From the NCBI GenBank assembly GCA_001938485.1, contig MQRK01228686.1, positions 1-64,000 of the forward strand: a stretch of DNA of 64,000 nt. Direction: 5' to 3'. This stretch comes from Girardia tigrina (Eukaryota). Shown here in pieces: positions 38,060-51,945 of the stretch. The stretch's first letter is position 1. Every line of letters begins with the position of its first letter. A program made the translations under genes and the position numbers. Below the pieces are notes generated by a model. The model was not told where the DNA came from, did not search any database, and saw only the letters and a list, made by a program, of their open reading frames with translations.

Positions 38060-39268
38060 CCGGGTGTTGTGAAAATCTTGTCAATAGACTTTGACACAAG
38101 GTTTAATGAACTTAAGTTGATGTGTAGCAATTATTTATATTTTGTTTAGAGATTATAAGCATTGATTTCTTTTCAAATAAATCTTTGATATTTAGAATTC
38201 TGTTAATACTTGGCAGCAAAATGTGCTAAGATTGCCACATTGCTTCGCTTGGGCCATCTTGATGATGAAATTGCTGAGTGACTTGATTGCTCTATGCAAA
38301 CAGTAGATCAAGTCTGCAAATGGTTGGCTGCAAACAAGAGTCAACAAGACTGGCCTATGAGTGGTCGAAAGTCAAAAATAAACCTATTCAAGTTTAGAAG
38401 GAACATCAAGGCACATCCAGAGTGATCAAGCACAGTTCAAGCTTCATAGTTTGATTTTCATCAGTCGTGCAGTCAATAAACTTGATGACAATAGTCTTGT
38501 GATGATCGAGAAACTTTTGCTAACCAATGCAATGAAGCTGAATCGATTTGAGTGGTATCAGGTTGTTAAGAAAGACATGAAGTTCCAAATAGCGGGAATT
38601 GTTAAAGTCTTTAAAGACGAAAAAACTTTCACTGGGGATCGATCATGAAACCGTCGCAAAAACTGTGCCATTCGCTTAGGGAATGAGGACATCAGTAACG
38701 CATGAACGATCAACACAATGCTACTGGGTTTGGTGGCAGCGAATGGAAAAGTTAACCCCCAAGTGTTATTCTCCGCTAGTTACAGTTTAAATGCCACATA
38801 TTACCAACAAGCTCAAAATCAAACTGTACTGTCATGAATGAAGAAGACGCTTTCACTGGGGAATTTTCGTTTTTATCAAGACTGTAAATCATGCCATTCA
38901 GCTAAGGCCGTCCAAAAGTTCTTGGAGGATAAAACTGTACTTTTTACAACCAAAGACACGTGCCCTTAATCTTCATCAGATGTGAGTTTTTTGGATTACT
39001 CCATAATTGAAAGTGTGGAGAGTGAAGCCTGCCATGCTCGTCAAACAAGTGCAGTTGGAAATTCAGTTGTGAAGGTCTGGAAGAAACTGTCAAAAGCGCT
39101 TGTGGTGAAAGCACATGGAAGCCGCCGTGTATGTATGAGTCGATAATTTTGAATAAATTGTTGCAAACACTTGAACTAAACTTGAATTCAAGTTATTTTT
39201 TATATTTTCTGAAATATACATGTTTATCTGTTTGTAATACTTTTTGACAAGACTTTTACAGCACCTGG
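38060..39268 (+). mobile_element. maT/DD37D-like element, full-length, decayed
   Basis: TA-flanked TIRs CCGGGTGTTGTGAAAATCTTGTCAA / TTGACAAGACTTTTACAGCACCTGG. Motifs FKDEKTFT, FYQDCKSCHSAK and P*SSSDVSFLDYSI (cf. WPPSSPDLNPLDY). Confidence 0.88.
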
Positions 39269-41585
39269 TATATTTAAAAAGATTAGTGCTAATCTGGTAT
39301 ATTAACGTTGCCTGACTTTACATGTTTTTAGTTTTAACATGAGTTCTCGTGTATTTTTCATAAAAATTCTTTTTTGAAATTTGAAAAAAAGAAACTCTTA
39401 TTCAATTATATATTCTCAATCATTGTTCACAACCTATTCCTTACTCTCGAGCAATCCTTGATTTCATTTCGTGAGATATTGTTTGGTCTGGTGTAAAAGA
39501 ACTGGTCTAATGTTCGAATATTTCTTGATTGTCAAAGGTTACGCTCCTCATTTGATTAAAGGCGAGTGATAAAGTTGATAATCCATTGGGTGATGTTTGA
39601 AGTTTTAGTGGATGTTGAAGAATTCCTTATTTGAGCTCTTGGTGAACTGTTTTGGGATGATTTACTGAGTAAGGCTTTGTGTTGCCTTGGACCAGGATAA
39701 CCTGGCAATCTTGATCCGGTCTTGATTGCTTTAAAACCATTTTTATTAGACCGTCATTTTTCTTTCCAGAATTGTAAAGTGAATTAGGCCTTCCCAGTCA
39801 CACCAGATGCAGATTGTCTTCTAATGGTTGAGATTTTGCTTCATTCTTATTTTGGGGTGTCTCCTGAGTTTAGTCAACTACTTTATTTACTACGTTCTTT
39901 CAAAGAGACAATCGTTTTCGTCTTCCGTGACGATTCTACAAGTAAATCATTCTTTGTGGTCGGGTATTGATCGATGGGGGGTGATATGTTACGCAGTAAT
40001 TTGAAGAAGATTATACGTCTGCTTTTTGCTAAGTGTTTGAGTCACTCAATCACTTAATAGTTTAGTGAATTTCATTGATTGGAGGTACCTGAAGATTGTC
40101 ACAAGACTAAATTAATCTTTTCAACGACCTTTATCCTTCAAAAGGGATTTAATACAATATTGAAGTTGAAGATCGCCCAGAGAGTGGCGTGTCGTTCAGC
40201 TTGAAATTGCCATGTTTGAATTTGACATACTAATCTCGTTAAGTCTTCGGAACCAAAGCTTCCTCTCCATATGCAGTACAAATGTCTCGAGCTACTTCGA
40301 TAACTTTACGACAACGACAATAAATCATTAAGGGAATTATCCAAGTATTTTCTATATCCTTGACCAATCAGTCTGATAATTATGTTTCATGGTAAGTTTT
40401 GTTTTTGGCAACAATCAACGTGTTAAAAGTGATGTGTACTTTTCAATGATTGAACGTTCATCATTGATTATTACAATAAATAATATCTAATCTAATTATT
40501 TCTTTTATTTTCGTTTTATTTAATTCCATATCAATGTTAAATTACAATTTCTCAATTTAAACCTCTTGGAAGGTGGAGGTACCCTAATCAAAGCGATTCT
40601 GTTCATTCGTCAAAATGTTTATTTTGATCCATTTTGTTCAATGATTGGAATGGGAAATTCGTCCCTTATTCAACTTATTCTCCTGGAATTGTACCACCTG
40701 ATTTTTTATTTATTCAGATCAATAAAACACGTTTTTTGTATAGGATTTGTGAAAGCCGAGGAGATCCGAATATGGGTCGATAATTTCCTTACCTCAAAAA
40801 TATATCGCTTTGTTAGAATCGACAGACTATTTTGGAAATAGATTTGCAGATATTTTGTTTAAAAGTAATAAGTATGACTTTTAACTTTTAATTATAATGG
40901 TAAACTAAAAAGTTCTTTCCAATTTTTATGTCTTTTTGTCTAATTGTTATTCTACTAAATAAAGCTTATTTTATGTACTTGAAAGGGGGCCCTAAGGACT
41001 TATTTTGTTTGGGTAGACCATCTAAAGAGCCTATATGCTCAATACCATTCTTGAAAGAGATGGGAGGCCCATCTACTTGTATGTTATACTATTGTAAATG
41101 TCTTGAATCGTTCTATCATAATTTACGTAAAAATTTGTCATCGATCGTTTATTGAATATTTTTAACTACTAGAAACATAATTAAAAAATTAAAACTTCGT
41201 GACAATGTATTCCATTACTGAAAGTACGAGGAGTTAGTTAATTTTATTTTCGCTGTATAGAAATGATTAAAATTTTAAATATAATGAAAAATTTATTTTA
41301 ATATTTTAAATTAAAAAAAGTTTTGTAAAATTATTGAAATAAATAACATTTCGATAATAAATAAGATTAAATTAAAATCGAAATAAATATTAATATTAAG
41401 TTTTGCAGTTTATTAAAAATTTTATTAAACTGTAAAAAATAAGATAAAAGTCGGTGAATCGATTATTAAAATGAAATTGAAAATTTGTTTGAATTTGCTT
41501 GTAATAAAATTTATTAATTTGTACTAATAAAAATAAATTCTACTTAAAATATTGAAAACGATATAAACGTAACTATTCTGTTTTA

Positions 41586-42070
41586 TGGTTATAAGCCGGT
41601 ATTCGATACTAAGCTAGTAGCTTAGTAAAGTTTTTAAACTCAAAAGTTTTGTTTTATTTTTAATAAGCTAGTGCATCTTACTAAGCCAGTAATTTTTACT
41701 AAGCACTTTTTGATAAAAAAAATTACTTTCATATTTTACTAAGGTACTAGCTTATAACCAAATAGCAGGGCAATTATTTTTGTTATTCATTTATTAAAAT
41801 ACTCGATACTTTATCACTAAAAGTATATCCGGTAAGAAACGAGCGACTTATGCTATGAAATTCAAACTTGATGAAATTAAATATTATAAATTTAGCAAGA
41901 TGTCAAAGTACAAAAGCTTTGCTAACAATTGTCCAAAAGACAATTCAAACTGATGAAAATGAATGTGTGGAAAACAATGTTGGCGTTCTTAATACTGTTG
42001 AATTGTTACTTTCGATGAAATGGGAAATATTTTAGCAATTAAGACAAAGTCTGACCATGGATAAATTAGT
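41586..42070 (+). mobile_element. possible PIF/Harbinger-like terminal fragment
   Basis: Inverted TGGTTATAAGC / GCTTATAACCA (41586 to 41760) and repeated (G)CTTAGTAA / TTACTAAG motifs. Weak Myb/SANT-like remnant downstream. Confidence 0.35.
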
Positions 42071-42239
42071 TGAGAGTAGCAAAACGTGATTGATTATAAT
42101 CAATTAAATAATAATTTAATAATTATTTAGGAAGACATTTCTGTGTATTTGATGGAATTTTGAATGTGTAATTCACTTTGAGCTACTTTCAAATATTCGA
42201 ATAATTGACGCTGATTTGTAATGCATTCAACTTAATAGA

Positions 42240-42590
42240 AATTATGAAGTACTATAGAAAAAAAACTCCTCTTGGATCAATCGAAAAATCACTATTCTTC
42301 AGCAAGACAACGTAAACAATATCACTAAACCAAACGAGAAAAGATAAATCATCTTTATGCCATTGACCATCTACCAAATCCAGCGTATAATCCACACCTT
42401 AGGCCATCCGACTATAACCTTTTCAGATCCATGGAGCAATTTCTTCTTTGCAGAAACTTAAACAATCTTGGCGAGGTCAAAAACGGGTGCCGTGAGTTTT
42501 TCATCTCTAAAAACAAAAATGATATCCTAGCGGGTTTGACTAACTTCGTGATGGATGGATTCAAGACTTTGATTCAAATTGTCTTCACTT
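42240..42590 (+). mobile_element. mariner 3' fragment
   Basis: LQQDNV and PNPAYNPHLRPSDYNLFRSMEQF. Confidence 0.8.
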
Positions 42591-44039
42591 TTTTTACTTG
42601 TTATTAGTAAGAACACCAATTTGACTTTTCATATTTTTATTAACATAACAAGGTTTATTATCCTCAAGACAATATTTGTCGAAGCTTTCGTATGATTGCA
42701 TTCTAATTGATTGATTAATGACTTTAGTCTAATTATTATTGGCAAAAATTGTGATATAAATAATTTGTTAAAATATTTACTCCAAATTTATTGGATAAAA
42801 AGTAAAATGATTATTAATTATGTAAAAAATATTAATTCGATTTATTTTTTAAAAATTGTAAATAAAATTAATTAACTTTTTTAAAATTTTACAATTATTT
42901 TAAATTAGAACTAAATTTAAACATTACTTATTTTTAGATAATAATAATTAAAATATTAATCCTCCATCTTGGTAGGAGAGACACATGTCCAAATCAATAT
43001 ACAACATTCAAACACAAAACATCAAACACTCAAATATTCCTCACACTTATAAAATTATGTTTAAATTTTTCTTAAAAAGTCGGAAAGAACATTTGGTTCA
43101 CCACAATAATTAAGATATTTTTAAACTCGATAACCTTTTACAAGTTTCTAATACAATCATCGCAACTTACTCTGTTTATCTATCCAAACGTTCACTGGAA
43201 TGGTAATTAAAGTACAATAAATATAAAAAAAGCAGAAATAATCTTAAGGTTTTGTTTCCAGGTATATGCTTTTGATATTTAGTATTTTAATAGCACTTGT
43301 GGACCAGCATGGGTCTTAGCGATAAACCAGAACCATAAGTACCACCTTATCTACATTTAACTTCAACTGTAGTGCAATGTTCGCAAATCTTATGAAGGGA
43401 AGTTCAACTCACAATTGAAGATTATAGGCTCTAAACATTGTGTTATTAATAATCACTATTTACTAAAATTATATACTAAGAACTACTTTGATGATCCGAA
43501 ACTTTAAAGTCTAGATTGATCTTAATATCCATGATTCACGTTCGTCAAGTATCACACCCCGCGAGGGGATTCTGTTGAAAATGATGATTAAGTTAAGATA
43601 ATCAATCATTTTTTAATATTTGTTAAACATAAATCTTGATCAAACATTCAAATATAATGCAAAATTGATTACCGTTGGCACTTGACACAAAAGCGGTTGC
43701 ACTCGTTCCAAAACATCCGGTTTATATTAATTCGCGTCACGGCAGCATCAATAACACGTAATAGCATATAGTGGATGTTTACAGAATCACAAACCACATT
43801 TACCATTAAACCAATAATGTACAATTTAATAAGAACTTAATGTTATCAGTTCATTAAAGAGTTCTCTTTACAAGGGTGCGAGGTAATTCTTCAGCAAGTA
43901 TATCAACATTATTTCTAAATTTGAGGCACAAATGAAAGGAAATATAATATTCAAAGTTAAACTTTCCTTATAACGATTATATGATTTTTAGTTAATTGGT
44001 TCCAACAATTCCAGACAAGTTATTCGTTTTACAAATATA

Positions 44040-44500
44040 ACAATGTATGAAGAATAAAATTCGTTTCCAGTTTTTTAGCGTTACTGTTTGGAAAAAAAAC
44101 GACTCTGCACAAGAGCTGCATCCTAAGAAATTTATGCGATGGAAGGTGAAGGATTCGATAATAAGACTACAGCTGCCAAATGATTCAAGCGCTTCAAGGA
44201 TGGTAACACAAGTAAGACCTTAAGACTAAACCTCACACCGGTTCCCGACCTACGGTGAACATCAAGATACTTATACAAGTATCAAAAAATCAGTCAGTCA
44301 CGAGTAAAAGCAAAACTTTGACATGACGATTTCATCATTGGCTCTAAAATAGACGTTATCGACAAATTCATCATTAATTAAGTCCAGAGAAGGCTCACCG
44401 TTGTCCGTACATATTTTAAGAACTCCTTGCCGATCTTCAAGATAACCGATTCTGAAAACGAATGGCGACTGAGAACAGAAAATGAATTTATTTTGCCAAT
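44040..44500 (+). mobile_element. mariner 5' (HTH) fragment
   Basis: RTAAK*FKRFKDGNT...KTKPHTG resembles WFxRFKxGxxxLEDxPRSGRP. Confidence 0.6.
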
Positions 44501-45499
44501 CATTACAATGATTATTAATCATTGATGATCGGCAAATCGGCAGTCCCCATTTTAATGTTGTTGGGATTTTACATTGACTAATTTGAATTTTCGGTGTCTG
44601 GATGTTTCATCACCGGACGATTCATCATACTTTAAATTAAATTTTGTTCATACTGTTTATGAATATTGTCATTTATATTGTAGGAAATAGACACAAGGCG
44701 GGAATTTGAATTGTGAATTGTAGATTCTTCAAATAAAGAACAAGGCGGGACTTTGAATTGTTAATTCTCTAAATATAGTCGATTTTTGGTACAAAATCTT
44801 GTAAATATGTTTTACACTTTGCTGGCTAGCCTAGGCTAGTCGTGGATATCTTAAGATAGGCTTTACCATATCACCAATGTTAGTATACCATCTATTGAAG
44901 TCATAAATGATTATGGTAAACATATTAATACTATGTATATATATGAATATGAGCGATATATTTTCTGTTGTGTAATATAAAGATGTACAATTGTGCAATT
45001 ATTCAACCTTTTCCTTGACTGTGATGCTTTATGTTATGTATATTAATATATGACTAGAGGTAATTATACTATAAGACATGTATTACATATCATCATCGAA
45101 AAATACATATATTACAGGATTTTACATGAAAATCATGTATTTGTCTATGTTTTCCAGTAATTTATGAAAATTTTAATATATACATTCTTACAAAACCTAT
45201 AAATAGTTTACACACTACATATAGATTATAGCCTAAGGCAGCCTGCCTAGGAGTAGTGCAGCCTAGTGCATACATATAACACATAGATTGCATTTACATT
45301 GATGAATCAAGTTTCTGTGTGATATATAACCATAATATAATAATACAAATAGATAATAATATAATATATAACGTGTAAAACACTATAAAAACATTTGAAC
45401 TGTGTTGAATGTGTTGTGAATCACTATATGATCACAACTTGTGATCAAATAGTATGTATCAATAATATATATGTATATAACAATAATATACTAATATTA

Positions 45500-46220
45500 A
45501 TGGTTGATATTGTGATGATTCTTCAGTAAATAGTTGATAATACACATAGTGATTGTATATAATATACAACTATATTATAATATATATGTATATTAAAATG
45601 TTCACTTTTTGAAAGGTTGATAAGGTAACGGTTAATACAATTAGGGTCACTTTTTATGGCTGTTAAGGTAGATTTGAAGGTTTTTATATATAAATGGCTG
45701 TTCATGAGGTGATTTTGATGGTTGATGATATGTCTGATAAGGTGCTTTTAATGGTTGATATGGTAATTTTGATGGTTTTTGAGGTAAATTTGATGGTTGA
45801 TAAGTTATATTTGATGTTTCATATCATAAATGTGATGGTTGATAGAATGGTTGTTGAGGTTCATTTGACAGTTGATAGGTTTATTTGAAGGTTAATATAT
45901 GGTAAATGTGATGGTTGATAGTATGGTTGTTAAGGTATTGTTGATGTTTCATATTGTAAATGTGATGGTTGATGATACAGTTGATGAGGTACTTTGAAGG
46001 TTGATAGTATAATAGTAATGGTCGATAAGGTAATTATTTTAGAATTATATAAAATATTCAGTATTTTCTGTATTTTTTACATGTTCAACTGTGTATTGAT
46101 ATTATGAATGTAATACATGGACATTATGGATGCAATACGTTGACATGATGGATGCATGACGATATCTCCTTGGATACGGCCATGTTTTGAATGGTTGATA
46201 CGATATTGGTTGATAACATA
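45500..46220. repeat. degenerate ~21-bp-period minisatellite (core GATGGTTGAT)
   Basis: Recurrent TGATGGTTGATA / AAGGTTGATA units, strongly G/T-skewed on +. Confidence 0.8.
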
Positions 46221-47920
46221 GTATAATATCATAATATAATACATACCTATAATATAATATTTGCACACATAATGTGCATATATTCGAAAAAGCACTATGT
46301 ATCGATTTTTTCAAAAATGTTGATATTGAATCTGACTATTCATATGTAATTTACTATACATGTGTTCAAACAGATTTTTCATATTTTGCTTTCTTCACCT
46401 TCTATACCCTATGGGCATTCGACACCACTTTACACTATATTATATAAGAAAACATCAAATTTCAGCAAAATTTCCCTGGAATTCATTCTCAAACAGTGTT
46501 GCTAGTTCTGGATAGTGTTTTTTTGTCATCACGACTCTCGATAGTGATAGAAACCTTATTTCTCGATCCAATCAAAAACAAAATGTCTTCATACCCTGTT
46601 AGTCAGTCATTTTCATTCATTTCCATTTAGTGGGGACTATTATAAATAAATCTATCTAATTAGTTACATTTATTCTCTTAGGATTTTATGCATTAATATC
46701 AAGTGGAATATTTCTGGTCAAACGACAAGCTTTTCTAAATGGTTCATCGCAAATTCAAAGACCAATTTATGCATATATCGAAACAACCGTTATCGAGAAA
46801 AGACAAATATAATTATTTTACTGATCATTCTCTACTAACCTACGGAAATAGAAAGTTTTCTGAAACGAATGCTTTTTGTCAGTTTGCGTATACTCCACAC
46901 GAGCAGGAACATTTTCATGTCTACGCTGATCATAACATGTTTCGTCTTTACTTTTTAAGTACGATAAAGTGTTCTATTCTCAACAATCACCTAGAAAATT
47001 GATTTGTTTGGGACGCATGTTTCAAAAAGCACTTTTACAATAATTGCAGTGACAGTTTTGTGAATCAAGGATTTATCTATCAATGCCAAACCATTGTGGC
47101 AATAAACTTATTATATTTTTCTAATACTCATTCCTCAAACAATAATTACAGCAATAATGTTTATAGCTGCGAAGATAATATCAATCAATCTATTAATGAC
47201 TACAGACCATCGAAGAAAACCTTTATTTATTTCAATCCCAAAACATAATTTATATATCAAATCTATATATTTATATACGTTAAATAGTATGTATTGGTGG
47301 TAATCCTTCAATAATATTACTGATAATACACATTATTTACACTCTTCTCTCAAAGACAAATGTTTCAAAGCATTTAGAGTAGTGTAGAAACCTCCAGAAT
47401 TGATCCCTCGAAAAATAGTAAAATTGGATCTTTTCTGACGAATAATTGTTTACCTTATTTCTGACCTCCGGCTAAGTGTACATTTAGTGACAGATGAACG
47501 AACAATTTTATTCAAACTGCCTTATCCCAAATTTAAAACATAGAGGGGTTTAGTGATGATCTCCAGTTTTTTTCTGGGAAATCCATTTGGCCGATGATTT
47601 CCCTTCATGAAAAATAACCAGTCAAGACTATTTAATAATTTTGTACAACCAAGCTCATTCTATGACTCAAAAACGTTTCCGGAATGGATCGTAAAAAATC
47701 TATTTCTGCCACAAACTTTACAAGCATTGGAGGGTGTTTTAACTGAAATTGAGCTAAAATTCCAATGGAAACAGCTCCCAATTTTATGAATCAATGTCTC
47801 ATATAATTTAATCTGTAGCAGTCGCAAAAACGTGGACTAACACCAGTTTAAAATATACTTTGTTGATTTTAAGTGTTTCCTTTATATTGCCAAACTCGTG
47901 TATATCATTTTAATATGATG

Positions 47921-48248
47921 CAGGGCTCGAAGTGAGCCGGGATGTGCTGGTATGCCATACCGCCACTTGTTTTCGAGGCGGTATGACATACCGGCACTTA
48001 TTTGATTTTAAGGCAGTATGATTTGTATACAATTTTGTATACAATTGTATACAATATGTATATACGATATGTATACAATTTTGGGTGAGCGGAAATGAAA
48101 AGAAACCACTGTTTTTTTTAAATATATTAAAAAATCAGGAGAGGACGTGGGAGTTGACGTCAGGGTGGCGTTGGGCAGAGGAAGAGCAAAATCACTGTAT
48201 GGCCGGTTTCCGCATACCGGCACTTATTTTTTCCCACTTCGAGCACTG
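47921..48248. mobile_element. hAT-type MITE
   Basis: TIRs CAGGGCTCGAAGTG / CACTTCGAGCACTG. TSD ATATGATG/ATATGATT (7/8). Repeated CATACCGGCACTT subterminal motifs. Confidence 0.88.
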
Positions 48249-49554
48249 ATATGATTTATAACCTTTTTAAGTTATACGTGTTGTATTTACATTACATTTG
48301 GCTCATTGGAACTGTTTCGACAAAAACTATTAATATAACAGAAAAAAATAAAATGCTTAATTGTTCTTAGGGCTGAAATCAGACATACGACCTCAAAGGG
48401 TAAAGGAATTAATAGAAGCTTTGAAAATTAGAAAATAATAAAAAAATATAAACAATAATATATTGGTAATATTCGATGAATTATTCAATTAATTTATCTG
48501 TTGTTTAATCAATTTATGTTTCTTATTTTAACAAACTTTAAAATCTTTTTTGATATAAAAAAGCGTCCATTGTAAAGGAGGAGTTTGATGGCCCTCTTTC
48601 CGTTCTATGTCTCTCCTTTTGTTTACGACAACAGTACTTAAATAAGTTTATTAATTAAGAACCGGAAATAGTCCAAATATTACCACACAATTTTATTTTA
48701 AAATTTTTAAATGAATAAGCGGCAGTTTACTGAACGTAATGTTTCATGTTAAAACACGTCCTACCAGCGTAGGTTAAGCCATGACGGTTCATTTGTTTTT
48801 AATCCTTCTAAAGTGATTTGTAGCCTTTCGTACATCCAGAAAACAAAATGCTGGGTCAGTTCCCCTTTTACAGTCTCATTTAACTCAGTTTTATTCGGTT
48901 GATAACGCTTACACGTGTAGAATTGGAGCATATAGCTATTATTATAAATAATGGTTGTAAAATGTTCAATATAAAATTAAGGCTCCACCCTAGGAGTTTG
49001 TCGACGGGAGACCACTTGAGAACGACTCAAAAATAGCTGGCGATTGTTATTCAACGTTAAACTAGTTTTTCCTTAAATAGAAAGAACACGATTTAATTCT
49101 CTTTTTCACTACCGATTTAAAATTAAATAACACAAAAATAATACAACTTTTGGACATCAAACCAGTCTTTTATGATAATAAACAAAATATTGAAGTATTC
49201 TTAAAATCCTCCAAAGGTTTGACATACGCAAAGGGTAGGAACGATGGTTGCAAAGGTTTTATAATAAAATGTTTATAAAAATTAATAAAAGAAATTAAAT
49301 GATCACTCACATATTTTTACGTTATATTAATTCATATTTCCCGATCAAATAAATAAATCAAAAGTAAAATAAAAAAATAAATAAAAGTTTAAAAAGTCTT
49401 TTACGTTCTTTTTCTTTCCGCCTCGATTGTTTCTTTTTATTTCCAACCAGACAATTCGTTAATCCTTTTGTTTCATTTCAACATATTCTTTTTCCTTTTG
49501 TTTTTTTATATAACTATTGATATTAATTAAAATATTTTAATAGACAAATACAAA

Positions 49555-49595
<41 letters not shown>

Positions 49596-50874
49596 ATTTA
49601 TTTGTTTTAATTGTTAATGATACTTTTAGTCAATAGTCAACCCTCTTTTTTTAAGGAGAAACGAAATTCCCCCCGGGGAAATTCCATTCAAATTGTGATG
49701 TTAATGATTTTATTATATTTATTTTCAATTCCTCAGAAACAGGCCACCAGGAGAAGAGTATTATTTTAAATAATAATTAATTGTTTAAATTATGTTTCTT
49801 TATTTGTGATATTCATGGAAATAATAATGTTGAAAATATTAATAACAATGATAAAAATAATTTATTAGGATTTGTTTAAAATATAAATATAAATAATTAT
49901 TATCATTAATAATATAGTTTATGTTTATTAGATTATTTTAATTCATTAATAATTCATTTTTAATAATTATAATTATTTAATTCTCCTCCTCCAAGCGAAA
50001 CATATTAACGGTCAAATTATTCTCTTTATAATAAAAAAACTTAATAAATAAAATTTAATAATTTTCGTTTATTTATTTATAAAAGAAATTATCACATTTT
50101 TTAAATAAAAAAAATTTTCCGTTTCTTTTAAAGAAAATTAATTTAAATAAATCAATTGATTTCTATAAATAAAAAAACATACTTTTAATAATTTTAATAA
50201 AATAATTCTTCTTCGTTTATTTTTTTCTTAAAATAAAAATCGCATTTTTCACATTATAACATTCAAAAGTGCCTAAAATTTCGGTTTTTTTGATTGCAAA
50301 AATAAATATTAATCAGTATTTATAATTAATTTATGAATAAACTATTAGTAAAAAAATATGTCGGTATAATTTGGTTTTCCTTAGAAGTGTTCCTAACCCC
50401 TGCTGGTCCATCATACAAGGGGTTAAATGACCGCCGCTCACTTCAATCAAACCAAACCACAATTATTTAAAAGTTCATTTTATTTTTAAAAAAGAATTTC
50501 CCATTAAATAAAATTTGAAATAGAAAAAATGTTAAGAATTTTTTGTAAAACAAATTATTTGCGTTGAACTTTAATACATTTTTATATTATTCAGAATAAA
50601 CTTCCTACGCCAAATTTATAATTAAAAATATGGAATAAGAAACTATGTTGATACTCTCCATTTCTTCAATAAAATAAAATGGAAATTACATGGAAATTAT
50701 TTTATATATATAATATTATATATATTGTATTTAAAATACAATATTGTATATGCATATTTTATAAAAAATAAAAGTGTACGATACTACATAGAATTAAACT
50801 TCTGTTTCTTTTATTTAAATTAATTTTTTTAAACTTTTAATTGCTTAATTAAGTTTATAAATTACGAAGCTAAT

Positions 50875-51945
50875 ATACATTCCTGAGAAAAGGTCTCACA
50901 GATCATCGAATGTTAAAATGCAGTATTCAATCCACAGTATATGCCTTCATCATAAGAAAGGTAGTTCAAATGCTCAGATGGGGATAAATTATTAGTTTAC
51001 CAAGTAATTTCTTCGAAAAAAGTTATATTTCAAGCGTTACTCAACATTTTTTATCTTTCACACTTGATCCTCTATTGTTTTTTTAAGACAATACCACAGA
51101 ATTATGTTGTTCGCTGTTAGATATTCTCATGTATTTAGTATAACAAACTTGGGCAACTTTTTTATTCATTGTCCAGAGTGGAGAATGTCCATATTCAAGA
51201 GGTGTTTTAAACATATTAAACCACAGACGCAAATGGTTTCTGAAACTTTGGCCGTTCTCAATAGCTATCCAATTACAAAAGGCGTTCGGATAGTGAGGTT
51301 AAACTATATATCACTGGTAAATGTGCTTGATCGAAAGGTCATTGTCACGAAACTACCATCCGAGAGATTAAGACTGAAGGCCTCTAAGTCTGAATCTCGC
51401 CCAGAAGTAATGACAATTCAGTGCCTACCTCATAAAGAGGCAAAAATATTATCTGGTGTGGTAACACATCGGATGTGGCTCAGCCATATGTTTGAACTCT
51501 AACCAACTTATGAAAATAGGTTGGATGTTTGAATCACATTTTGTGATTTACGTATCGGCATTAAATCGTTTGCATACGACATACTTACATGGTTTTTTAT
51601 GGTTTCCAGCTGATTGTAATCCAAGAAAATGTGGGTGTACAGTATAATATTTATTTTTACTCAAAAATTGTTACATCACACGTACTCACTGGATTTAAAG
51701 CATTAAGAACAAAAGAATGTCTTATACTTATGTCTTCTATAAATATACAATTATAAATGACCTTGGGTAGGAGTGTGTATGTGCGGGAGGGAGAGAGAGT
51801 GGGTGGAATAGCGGTGTGTGTATTTTTAAATGAACCCATGCTTTACCTGTAAATAACCAAATATTTGGGTGTACATCTACAAAAGTTGTACATCCAAAAT
51901 AGCCTTAAAAAAGCCTATATATATAATGACGAATGATCCGTCAAA
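50875..51945 (-). mobile_element. heavily decayed Tc1-like element
   Basis: Weak TIR similarity (CAGATCATCG / CGAATGATCCG) and remnants resembling DNAP.H and NPIE..W on the minus strand. Confidence 0.35.

Noticed and set aside
39400-41200. Coding-like decayed sequence (also ~4950-5900, 18150-18950, 21900-22480, 24200-24950, 33900-34550)
   Set aside because: Probably old retroelement or transposase debris, but no motif could be assigned with confidence.
45694-45888. Repetitive V/M/D-rich ORF
   Set aside because: Translation of the GATGGTT minisatellite.
47370-47800. Possible BEL/Pao integrase remnant on the minus strand
   Set aside because: Only faint HHCC/GID-like resemblance; too decayed to support without a search.
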